A DNA stretch of 64,000 bases from an uncultured Acidobacteriota bacterium (GTDB taxonomy: Bacteria > Acidobacteriota > UBA6911), in NCBI GenBank assembly GCA_963827655.1, contig CAWHCF010000010.1, positions 64,001 to 128,000 on the forward strand, read 5' to 3'. This document shows, piece after piece, positions 32,672-42,457 of the stretch. The notes under the pieces are model-generated. The model made no database searches. It was given only the letters and a program-made list of their open reading frames with translations, and had not been told where the DNA came from. The stretch's first letter is position 1. The number at the start of each line of letters is the position of its first letter. The position numbers were made by a program, and so were the translations under genes.

Positions 32672-35600
32672 ATGAAAAATTCGAAGAGTAACAACCGGGC
32701 AAGCGCCCGAATTGCCGTCTTTATTCTTGCTGGCCTTATCACGCTGGCCCTGGCCGCACAGCCTGGATGGGCGCAGACGGGAACGGGAACGGTTAAAGGA
32801 ACGGTACTGGACTCAAACCGTGCCATAGTCCCTGGAGCCGACATTACCATCACGAACGAGGAGACAAACATCTCGCGCAAGGCGATCAGCGCCGCCGAGG
32901 GGACTTACTCCATAGGCGCCCTGTCTCCGGCCCCCTACGTGCTGGTGGTCGAGGCGCCGGGATTCAAGAAATGGTCGGGCAAGCTGGTGCTCGAGGTCGG
33001 TCAGACGGCGGTAGTCGACGCCGTTCTCCAGATCGGCGATATCTCCACCACCGTCGAGGTGGTCGGCGCCGCGCCGGTCATCACGACTCAGAGCGCAGAG
33101 ATCTCAGATGTCAAAGACGCCCAGCGCATCCGGCAGCTGCCGCTCAACGGCCGCGCCATCAGCAGCCTGTTTGACTTGACTCCCGGGGTCGAGGGCGGAG
33201 GAAACCCCCGGGTCAACGGTCTCAAGGTTGGTTCGGTCGAGATGTTGATGGACGGCATTTCGCTTGTGGATCGATTCGGCGGCGGCATCGCCCGGGTGCA
33301 GCCGGGGCTGGATACGATCCAGGAATTCCGGATCGAGACGGTCGGATCTAACGCCCAATACTCGCGGCCGGCCTCGATTACGCTGGTAACCAAGAGCGGA
33401 ACCAATAACTTTCACGGCAGTGCTTTCGAGACCCACCGGAACAACGCGGCCGGTCTGAGGTCGCGCCGCCGGCAAGACGGAGACACATCGTCCAAATTGA
33501 TTCGGAATGAGTTCGGGGTCTCGGCCGGCGGGCCGGTTTATCTGGGTAGCTGGTACAACGGGCGCGACAAGAGCTTCTGGTTTGCCGCCTACGAGGGCCT
33601 GAGAAATCGCCAGGATAGTTTCGTCCAGAGTATTGTGCCGACAGCGGCCCTGTGGGCGGGTGACTTCAGCGGCATCGTCGACGCCAACGGCGACCGGACT
33701 CACATCTACGATCCATTGACGACGGACGCGCGGGGTCTGCGCCAGCAATTTACTAATGACGTCATTCCCAGCACCAGAATCCACCCCTTCTACAAGACGA
33801 TGCAGTCTCTCACCGCTCTGCCCACGAATACCGTGAATCCATATCAGGGAAACAACTTTGAGAAATTTTATCCAGACGTCCTCGACGTCAACACATTAAC
33901 CCTGCGAGGCGACCACAAGTTCTCAGACAAGGATAACCTGACGGGAAGGTTCTCGCGCAGCGAGCGTCTCGCGCGCGTATTCGGAGGGGTTTTCGGCAAT
34001 CCTCTGGAAACCCTCGACAATGGATTCGGCACCAGCCGGTCGGACGCCACGGTTTACAACACGTCGATCCGCGAGACCCACATCTTCTCTCCGAATTTTT
34101 TGAACGAGCTGCTACTGGCCGGACACCGCTCCAACAAGAGCTCCGGGACTCTGGCCGATTTCACCGACTGGGCCCAGGATCTGGGATTGCCCAACCCGTT
34201 TGCCACCCAGGGATGGCCCACCATGTACGCGGGCGATTTCCCCTGGGATGGAGACAATCGCAAGGACGAGATGCTTACGGCCTACGTCGTCGAGGACAAC
34301 CTGAGCTGGGTCAAGGGCAAGCACTCGATGAAGTTCGGCGCCAGGGGCCGTTACGAATACAACAACGTGCGCGAATTACAGCAGGCTCAGGGCTCACACG
34401 ATTTTGGCGGCAGCTGGACGGCTTTGTATGACCCCGTCGGCGATCAGGCGGTTTCGTTCACGGGTGACGGCCTGGCCGGGATGGCTCTCGGGCTTCCCAC
34501 CTACTTGTCCAACCAGTATAACCGGGGCTATTTCTACTTCCAGCAGCAGGAGTTCGGCCTCTACTTCCATGATAGCTGGAAGGTCTCTCCCCGGCTGTCC
34601 CTGGAGCTGGGAGTTCGCTGGGACAAATGGACCGCGTACGACGAGAAGTACAACCGTCTGGTGAACGTGGATCTCGACAACTTTGCCAACAAGTTCGAGG
34701 TCATCACGCCGAAGGATGTCCGCATGGAGGAGCTCTCAGGGAATCCCGCCGTCGGTGCTTGACTCCTGGGCGGCGCGAGGTCTCACATGGAGGACCGCGC
34801 GGGATGCGGGTTTGCCTGATAATCTGATCACGGGAGACAACAACAATTTTGCCCCGCGTATCGGTGCCGCTTTCAGGATCACCAACAAGACCGTCTTGCG
34901 CGGCGGGTATGGCGAGTACTTCTGGACCATGCCCCTTTCCCAGATCCTGCAGACATCGAGAACCAACCCTCCGCTCAACCTGAGATTCGAGAATCCACTC
35001 GATGTTCTGGACGGAACCGACACTTTCGGTGTCCGAACCAGGCCCGGGTCGGAATTCTTCATCGGAAACGCCACGGTCGACACCGCGGGCATCGTTTCAA
35101 TCCCCCCGGGGGCCCAATCGGTAATGCCATGGGACGCTCGCAACTGGAAAGACGGCCGCGCCCAGTCGTGGCACGTCAGCCTGGAACGCGAAGTGATGGG
35201 CGATACCGCTCTTCGGCTGAGCTACATCGGCGATCACGGGAGGGATCTGGAACAGCGCTACGCGCTCAACAACCGGGAGGCAGAATTCAACTACGTGGCG
35301 CGCACCGGACAGAATCCTCCAGGCAACCGGGACTTGATGCGCGTCAATCCGAACTGGAACTTTGCGGCCGCCAATCGCACCGGATATTCCAATACGCATT
35401 CGGCGCAGGTTGAGATCGAGCGCAAATATTCCGCCGGCGTGGCCTTCCAGTTGTTCTACACCTTCACGCGATCCCTTACCACCACGGACGCCGGCGGGTT
35501 TACCAGCGGCAATGGCGCCATAAACGCCACCGATGGCCAGTTTCAGGTGCCGGAGAACATCCAGCTTCTGGGCAATCCCAATCTCAGCTATGACGAGAGG

Positions 35601-36293
35601 CTTCGCCTCGGATACTACAACTCGACCAACATTCCCCCGCATCGGATCCGCTATAACGGGATCTTCGACCTCCCGTTCGGCCGGGGAAAACACTTCGGTG
35701 GGGATGTCTCACGCGGCTGGGACACCCTGATCGGCGGCTGGCAGATTGCCACTATCGGTGATTGGCGCAGCGGCCTGTGGAGGAGTGTTGGCAGCGGCCT
35801 CTACTGGTTTGGCGATCCCACGCTCGCGGCCGATGAGCGCCTGGAGATGACCATTTTCGGCCGGCATCAGCGGCTGTGGTTCCGGGGAGATTTCGATCCG
35901 CGCCAGGCCACGAATGTCTCGCAGGACGCCTTGCAGGCTCTGGTGCCGGTAAACCGTGCCGAAAGAGTCCTGCGCCCGCTGGGAACGGCTTTCGACAACC
36001 GGCTACCGCAGACCCTGGCAAACGGCACCGTTCGGCAGACTCCCATCACCGACACCGTGAATCCGAACCCGAGGGCATTCTACCTCGGTCCGGGCAGCTG
36101 GAATGTAGACCTCTCGCTGTTCAAAAACTTCAGCATCACAGAGAGGGTGAAGGCTCGATTCACGGCCGACTTCTTCAACTTCTTCAATCATCCGATCGAC
36201 GGCGCGCCCAGTACAACCACGGGTCTGCAAGACTTGAGCGTCCAGGCCAACGAGCCTCGGATCATTCAGTTCTCGCTTCGTTTGGACTGGTAG
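32672..36293 (+). CDS. TonB-dependent receptor, tandem copy 2 (frameshift near 34740)
   Basis: ORFs 32573-34762 and 34683-36293 join into one receptor, very similar to copy 1; ends QFSLRLDW. Confidence 0.92.
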
Positions 36294-36306
36294 ACGATTC
36301 TTTGAG

Positions 36307-36362
36307 TCTTCGCGTCTTCGTGGTCAGCGCGTGAAAACAAGCGCACCACGAAGACGCGAAGA
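36307..36362. repeat. Perfect 18-bp inverted repeat, near-identical to 32553-32608
   Basis: tcttcgcgtcttcgtggt pairs with accacgaagacgcgaaga. Confidence 0.88.
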
Positions 36363-36402
36363 AAGAACCCTTTCGTTAAGCTCGGTTTCGTTGGGCGGTC
36401 GC

Positions 36403-36795
36403 TCAGGCCGGCGTCCTTAGAGGAACCAACTGGGAGATCTCAACGGAGTTTGAGCCGCGCATGGCATGCCAGAGATCCCAGTCCGATTGCAGGCCGAGCC
36501 AGAAGTCCGCTGACATCCCCAGCACGCGCGCCAGCCGAAGTGCCGTGTCGGGCGTCACCGCCCGTTTTCCCCGGATGATCTCGTTCAGCCGCGGAAACGA
36601 AACTCCCAGTCGTAACGCCAACTCCGACTGCGTAATTCCAAGAGGCTTGACAAACTCCTCGAGCAGCATCTCGCCGGGATGAGTAGGCGGACGGCGACGA
36701 GGCAGGCGGCGACGGATGAGCTCACCTGACCTGACTTGCTTCCCTGTTGTGGTACGACTCTTAGTGGTAGTCCGTGATCTCGACTTCGTAGGCAT
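36403..36795 (-). CDS. higA: HigA family antitoxin (XRE HTH)
   Basis: PTHPGEMLLEEF..PLGITQSELA..LGVS..RLNEIIRGKRAVTPDTALRLARVLGMSADFWLGLQ. Confidence 0.93.
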   Translation of the reverse strand: MPTKSRSRTTTKSRTTTGKQVRSGELIRRRLPRRRPPTHPGEMLLEEFVKPLGITQSELALRLGVSFPRLNEIIRGKRAVTPDTALRLARVLGMSADFWLGLQSDWDLWHAMRGSNSVEISQLVPLRTPA

Positions 36796-37054
36796 CTCCC
36801 GCCTCCCACCGAAAACAAAGGCGATACTGATTGTTGATCCTGATGCTGTGCTGCCCGCTACGGCCGCCGCGCAGTCCTTCAAGACGATTCCCCGCGGGAA
36901 CGGCGAGTTCGAAGAGATCCTTCACGCGATTCACCTGATCCAGCTTCCTCTGAGCCACCTGCCATAAATCGCGCGGGCAGGCCCGTCGAGCTGCGGCGGT
37001 GTCAGCGCCATCAAAGATATCCGCGGTACCTCGGCCCCGGAAAGACCGTATCAC
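36761..37054 (-). CDS. higB: HigB/RelE-ParE family toxin
   Basis: MIRSFR...RKLDQV...PAGNRLEGLRG.R.GQHSIRINNQYRLCFRW...EVEITDYH. Confidence 0.93.
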   Translation of the reverse strand: MIRSFRGRGTADIFDGADTAAARRACPRDLWQVAQRKLDQVNRVKDLFELAVPAGNRLEGLRGGRSGQHSIRINNQYRLCFRWEAGDAYEVEITDYH

Positions 37055-37061
37055 GGCTTAC

Positions 37062-37090
37062 ATTATAACGGGTGCCGGTATAACGCTCAA
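37062..37090 (-). promoter_or_regulatory. Sigma70 promoter of higBA
   Basis: Minus strand TTGAGC-17 bp-TATAAT, 7 nt upstream of the GTG start; two CGTTATA copies overlap it. Confidence 0.75.
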
Positions 37091-37235
37091 CGTCTTGGAC
37101 GCGGCCACACCCTCGATCAGCCTGCGTCCCCTGGCCGGTACGTACACCTCGCCTGCCGACCAGCACGCACCGTTGTGGTCGCGCAAATGAGAAGCCGTCA
37201 GTCGGAACATATCACCCGAGCCGGTGGCGCCGCGT

Positions 37236-37976
37236 TTAATCGGCAGGGACGCGATACCAGTATCGGTACAACTCGCGAAAACCGAGTTTTTCATAGAGAC
37301 GGCGCGCCGGGATGTTGGTTTCGACGACCTGGAGGTACGCGTGCTTGGCTCCGCGCTCTTGAGCCCAGTTCAGCATCGCCGTGACAAGCGCGGCGCCATG
37401 TCCGTGCTTACGGCGCGTGGGAGCGGTTACCAGATCAAAGAGCCCGAAGCAGTCCTGGCCCAGCACTCCTAATCCGATTGCGGCAACCTCCGTCCCTTCC
37501 GGCAACGATGCCAGGAGCCTCCCCCCAGGAATCCTCTGCAGCATTGTCTCATGGGTAAATTGCTGATCGCGCGCCACGCCATGGAAGCGACAGTAGAGAT
37601 CCAGCCAGGTGTCAAGCGGCTCTTCCTTCAGTCGACGCGAGAGAGGTTGCAAGGTGTGCGCACTCTCCAGATCGAGCTGGAGCACCAGAGAGGGATCGAC
37701 GACTCTGTAGCCCCGGTCGGCGAGAACCTGGTCCAGCCTCCCAGGAGCCGTGATCGAGTTCAGCCTGAAGATGCAGGGCTGTTGCCGGGCACGATACAGT
37801 TCTTCGCATCGCTGAACATGCTCTTCCAGCGGCACAGCCGAGGGGTAAAGCGGATTGACCGAGTTCGCTCGTTTCGTGTAACCGCGGCTGAAGCGGATGA
37901 GCCAGCCGTCCAGCAGGACCTGCTCCAGCGCCGGCCATGCGTTCAATGACGCTTCTTCAATGCGCAGCGCGATCAT
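37236..37976 (-). CDS. GNAT family N-acetyltransferase
   Basis: IEEASLNAWPA...GW..RFSRGYTKRANSV; TAPTRRKHGHG acetyl-CoA loop; YLQVVETNIPARRLYEKLGF. Confidence 0.92.
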   Translation of the reverse strand: MIALRIEEASLNAWPALEQVLLDGWLIRFSRGYTKRANSVNPLYPSAVPLEEHVQRCEELYRARQQPCIFRLNSITAPGRLDQVLADRGYRVVDPSLVLQLDLESAHTLQPLSRRLKEEPLDTWLDLYCRFHGVARDQQFTHETMLQRIPGGRLLASLPEGTEVAAIGLGVLGQDCFGLFDLVTAPTRRKHGHGAALVTAMLNWAQERGAKHAYLQVVETNIPARRLYEKLGFRELYRYWYRVPAD

Positions 37977-38108
37977 GTGTGAGTCTGAATTGGATCAAGC
38001 ATTGAGCCGCTACCGGAGCGAGCGGGTTTTGCGAGGGGTAACCAGAGCCTGGCATGCAGATCTGTGACGCAGCGACAACCTGGAATCCGGCGGGGCGCTG
38101 CACGCGCG

Positions 38109-38440
38109 TTAACCGGCTCTCTTTGAACCGCGTCTCTTATTCTTCCCTTGTCGAGCGTCAAGCCATTTCTTTAGCGATAGAGGACTCTCTCCTGATTGCC
38201 GGCCAGCCAGCAAGCCCGCGACTGTTAAATCTTCGTCCAGGTCCGGCCAATGGATGTAGCGCCGTCTCCGGCAATTTCATAATGATTCCGCTCTTGTGGA
38301 GTACCATGCCAAAGGCGAGGAAACCAAACCAAAGGCACGATTATTGTCCGGCCATCCACCAGATCAACGGTTAAGGCGTCCTCGCTCATCGTCACGGATT
38401 GAGCTCGCGCTTCCTGTATCTCAACGGCCAAAGAATTCAT
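38109..38440 (-). CDS. DUF2442 family antitoxin-like protein (frameshifted)
   Basis: LTVDLVDGRTIIVPLVWFPRL..GTPQER..YE, then in the shifted frame YIHWPDLDEDLTVAGLLAG. Confidence 0.85.
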
Positions 38441-38465
38441 ACCAACTCCTAAGTAATCGCTGGTT
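38421..38465 (-). pseudogene. C-terminal stub of a DUF4160-like toxin
   Basis: NQRLLRSWYEFFGR-stop overlapping the DUF2442 start; the upstream part is missing. Confidence 0.5.
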
Positions 38466-38525
38466 AAGGATTTATAGATTCTATGCTCCCTGACTGGGCC
38501 GCCGGAGCATTGAAGGCAGCGTCCA

Positions 38526-38617
38526 GCGCCCCTCCGGGGCGCGTCTCTTTCGTGTCTGTGACCGGGGGCAGGCGCTCCGCTGGCCCCCGGCTAATTTCCT
38601 TCGCCCTTTCAGGGCGC
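38526..38617. repeat. GC-rich multi-hairpin REP-like element
   Basis: gcgcccctccggggcgc, ccgggggc...gcccccgg and cgccctttcagggcg hairpins; a degenerate reverse-orientation relative lies at ~61394-61453. Confidence 0.65.
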
Positions 38618-38644
38618 GAGCTGGCGTAACCACTCGTTCAGACC

Positions 38645-39518
38645 TCAGCGTTTCAGCGTCGTACCGATGTAGGCTTTCACCACGTCGACGACATATTCCT
38701 GACAGGCTTCACCGGTTCTGGCGTCATAGGACCCGCCGTTGGTGATGTTGTTGGACAAAACCCGGATACCGAGAAACGGGATCTGGAAGAAGCCGGCAAT
38801 CTGCGCCGCCGACGCGGTTTCCATTTCCTCGACCGAGGTGCCGTATTGACTGCGGAGCCGGTCGTATCCGATCGACTTCGCTGTTCCAGATCTCGCCGGA
38901 TCCAATCACGCCTTCCACCACGCGTCCTTTCCGATAGAGATGCTTCACGCTGTTGGCGGCGGCGAGCAGTTGTTCGTTCGCCTCGAAGCGCCGCATGGTG
39001 CGCGCGTTCGGGTCTTCGCCGGCGCTACCCTCCGATGCCATCAGGTCCATCGGTTTCCATTCCAGAAAATCGCTGCCTTGCCCAGGCTTCCGGTAACCGG
39101 TTTTGAACGCCCCCAGATTGACGGAGTGCTTGCCCAGCACGATGTCGTAGACGTGTAACTCCGGGTCATGGCCGCCCGCGGTTCCCTGGTTGACGATCGC
39201 CACTGGACGATAGCGTTCAGCAGCGATCGCCGTCGCTGCCGCGGAGTTCGACACGCCCTTCATGGTCTTGGAAACCACCACCGGGTAGCCGTCCAGCGTG
39301 CCGCGCCAGAATGTCCAGCCGGCGATTTTCTCCACGCTGACGTTGTCCAGACCGCCGGCAATTTTTTCCGTCTCTACGGGCATCGCGCCCTGTACGAGCA
39401 CGGGACGCAACACCGGCATTCTACTGTCTGACGATCGAGTGATCCGGTCCGGGGCTCCGCACCCGCCCAGCAGCAGGTGGATCAACAGTGCCACGCTCAT
39501 GATGGATGCTTTTCTCAT
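38645..39518 (-). CDS. mtnN: 5'-methylthioadenosine/S-adenosylhomocysteine nucleosidase, predicted lipoprotein (frameshift ~38865)
   Basis: VQGAMPVE, VNQGTAGG, EEMETASAAQ, GIRVLSN; N-terminal hydrophobic stretch ending in an LGGC lipobox. Confidence 0.85.
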
Positions 39519-39815
39519 CTGAGTCTCTCCGGAGGTTGCGGCAATTTCACCGCGCCCCGTTTCTGGCAGCGGGAAGACGCTGCCGCTCAAATCTTCGCGA
39601 ACTGGCCGGCGAGCGCGGTGAGGTCTGCCCGCGTCCAGCGACGATGCTTAACGAAGAATCGACCCAAGGTTCGCAAACCGTTGCCAATGAAGAAGCCGAC
39701 AACTGAGTATAATGCCACCCGGGGGATCTAAACATTCTCGTGAGTGGAACGTCAGCGATTCGGGACCGCTCCGAGTAGATCGCGCGGCAAAGCCGGAAAG
39801 AAACTGCGAGACACC

Positions 39816-42191
39816 ATGAAGAGAACCAGGAAGTTCGCCTTCGCGGCGCTGTCCGTCGCCGGTCTGATGGCCTCGGCAGCAATACACAAGAGAGACCGGA
39901 TCACCCTTGCAGCACAGCCCGGTCTGGCGGCGCAGCTTCGTTCTGTTCAACCAAACCTCTTCCCGGACGGCGAGAGGAAGTCGCTGGCACGAATGCTGCG
40001 TAATGACGCCGGGCGGCGGCGCGACGCGGCCAATCAGCGCGACGCGCAGGCGTGGGCCAAGGTGAAGTCCAGAAGCGATTGGGAGAAGTTTCGCGCTCCG
40101 CGGATAGACGCGCTGCGCAGGTCGCTGGGCCACTTCCCGGCGGCGCCGAAAACCGTGAACGCGCACGTGACCCGCACGCTGGACGGCGACGGCTACCGGA
40201 TCGAGAACCTGGTCTATGAAAGCCGAAGCGGAGTGTTTGTTTCCGCGAATCTCTACCTGCCTCGAAGCCAGCAATCTCGTTTGCGGCCGACCGGGAAGCT
40301 TCCTGCCATCCTGATCATCCACAGCCATCACAATCCAAAGACGCAGGCCGAACTGCAGGACATGGGGATGACCTGGGCGCGGCAGGGCTGCGCAGTGCTG
40401 GTCATGGATCAACTCGGCTACGGCGACCGGCGCGAGCACGCGCCGGGTCCCAGACAGGACTACCGCTTTCGCTACATCAATAGCCTTCAGTTGTACCTCA
40501 TCGGCGATAGTCTTACCGGCTGGATGGCGTGGGATGTGATGCGGGGTGTGGACCTGCTGCTCGGGCGCGAAGAGATCGACAGGAATAAAGTGATCCTCAT
40601 GGGCGCGGTCGCGGGCGGCGGCGACCCGGCAGCCGTGGTGGCGGCGCTCGACCCGCGCATCAGCTGCGTTGTCCCCTTCAACTTCGGCGGGCCTGAACCG
40701 GAAAGCCCGTACCCATTGCCCGCCGATGCCGAGACGACCTTCAACTACATGGGAGACGGCTCCTGGGAGTCCACACGCTGCTTGCGGCTCAGCGGGCGCG
40801 ACGGCTTCCTCCCCTGGGTCACGGTTGCGTCGGTGGCGCCTCGCCATCTGATCTACGCCCATGAGTTCAGCTGGGATAGAGAGCACGATCCGGTATGGAA
40901 GCGCCTGCAAAAGGTCTTTGACTTTTACGGTTCGCAAAGGCTTGCGTTCGCCCACGGCGCCGGCTTGCTCTCCGGACGACCTCCCGAGGCGACGCACTGC
41001 AACAACATCGGCGCGGTGCATCGCAAAATGATTTACCCGCCGCTCGAGCGATGGTTTGGCATCGCGGCACCGGAGCAGGATTACCAGCAGCGCCACCGGG
41101 ACGAGGATCTGACGTCCTTTACGCCGGAACTTGCCTCGAAGCTGAAGCCGCGACCGATGCATGAATTGTTCGGCGAGATCGGCGCGTCTCGTGCCACTAC
41201 CATGCGCGTCCAACTCAGTAAACTTCCCGCTAATGAGCAGCGGCAACGATTGCGCCAGGAATGGGCCAGGTTGCTCGGCAACATCGAACCCGTGACGGCA
41301 TCGGAGATTTCAAAGGCTGGATCTGAAATCGGGAACCACAAACCAATGATCCAGATCGAGCGCATCGTGTTGGAGATGGAACCGAACATCGTCGTGCCTA
41401 TGCTGCTCCTGTTGCCGGAACCCCCGGCAAGTAAGGAATTACCCCTGGTGGTTGGCCTCTCGCAGGAGGGCAAAGAAAAGTTCCTGAGCGAAAACGCCGA
41501 CGCGATCGCCGAGCTGCTGGCGCGCAATGTCGCCGTCTGCCTGCCCGACCTTCGCGGCACGGGTGAGACGAGGCCCGACTCGCCCCGCGACCGTCAGACT
41601 GAAGCTACGTCCGTTTCGGCAACCGAGTTGATGCTGGGACAGACGCTGCTCGGCTCCAGGCTGCGCGACCTGCGGTCCGTCCTGCGCTACCTGCGCGCGC
41701 GGGGCGATATGAAGTTTCAGCGGATCGCCCTGTGGGGCGATTCCTTCGCGCCGGTAAACCCGGCGCAGTTCACTGACCCGGTGATGGGCGAGGGCGAAGG
41801 TCCGCCGCAGTCTGAACCCCTCGGCGGGCTGCTCGCGCTGTTCGGGGCACTGTATGAAGACTCGGTTCACTCGGTTGTGGCGCGCCGCACGCTGGCAGGT
41901 TATCAGTCGGTGCTGCACGACCGTTTCTGTTACATCCCGCACGATGCCATTGTGCCCGGGGCGCTGACGGCGGGCGATCTATGCGACGTGGCCGCAGCCC
42001 TGGCGCCGCGTACGCTGCGGCTGGAGGGACTGGTGGATGGACGCAATCGCCTGATGGAAGCGCAAGATCTGCGCCGCCTCTTCGAACCGACCGTGCAGGC
42101 CTATCGCGCGACGTCCGACAAACTGCTCCTGACGCCCGGAGGGGGCGACAGCATTGCCGCCTGGTTGGTGAATTCGCTGAATACGCCGTAA
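39816..42191 (+). CDS. Secreted double alpha/beta-hydrolase (acetyl xylan esterase-like) protein
   Basis: GDGYRIENLVYESR..VSANLYLP, DQLGYGDR, MAWDVMRGVDLL, GAVAGGGD; second module PDLRGTGET...IALWGDS. Confidence 0.78.
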   Translation: MKRTRKFAFAALSVAGLMASAAIHKRDRITLAAQPGLAAQLRSVQPNLFPDGERKSLARMLRNDAGRRRDAANQRDAQAWAKVKSRSDWEKFRAPRIDALRRSLGHFPAAPKTVNAHVTRTLDGDGYRIENLVYESRSGVFVSANLYLPRSQQSRLRPTGKLPAILIIHSHHNPKTQAELQDMGMTWARQGCAVLVMDQLGYGDRREHAPGPRQDYRFRYINSLQLYLIGDSLTGWMAWDVMRGVDLLLGREEIDRNKVILMGAVAGGGDPAAVVAALDPRISCVVPFNFGGPEPESPYPLPADAETTFNYMGDGSWESTRCLRLSGRDGFLPWVTVASVAPRHLIYAHEFSWDREHDPVWKRLQKVFDFYGSQRLAFAHGAGLLSGRPPEATHCNNIGAVHRKMIYPPLERWFGIAAPEQDYQQRHRDEDLTSFTPELASKLKPRPMHELFGEIGASRATTMRVQLSKLPANEQRQRLRQEWARLLGNIEPVTASEISKAGSEIGNHKPMIQIERIVLEMEPNIVVPMLLLLPEPPASKELPLVVGLSQEGKEKFLSENADAIAELLARNVAVCLPDLRGTGETRPDSPRDRQTEATSVSATELMLGQTLLGSRLRDLRSVLRYLRARGDMKFQRIALWGDSFAPVNPAQFTDPVMGEGEGPPQSEPLGGLLALFGALYEDSVHSVVARRTLAGYQSVLHDRFCYIPHDAIVPGALTAGDLCDVAAALAPRTLRLEGLVDGRNRLMEAQDLRRLFEPTVQAYRATSDKLLLTPGGGDSIAAWLVNSLNTP

Positions 42192-42457
42192 CAGCGCCGG
42201 TTGACCAGCAACGATCAACCACCAAGACTCAAAGACTCGAAAAAACACCAAGGCCAGGCTCGTGGTGAATGCCACAAAGACAAGGAGCCGCGACGCTCCG
42301 CCGGTGTCCGATTCTGCTTAGCCGAATCCCACAACCGGGCACGCTGGTCGCAGAACCGCTGCTGGTTCTGGCCCAATCTCCATGTAATCTGTTGCTTGCA
42401 GGCGCCGATGCTGGCATGGAAGTTGCTTTGACGCTGACTTACGGGCAGGGAGGATTT

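Noticed and set aside
32085-36293. Near-identical receptor segments as a DGR template/variable repeat pair
   Set aside because: No reverse transcriptase in the window, and mismatches are not adenine-specific.
5618-42252. GAAGACRC repeats as a CRISPR array
   Set aside because: Dispersed and degenerate, with no regular spacers and no cas genes.
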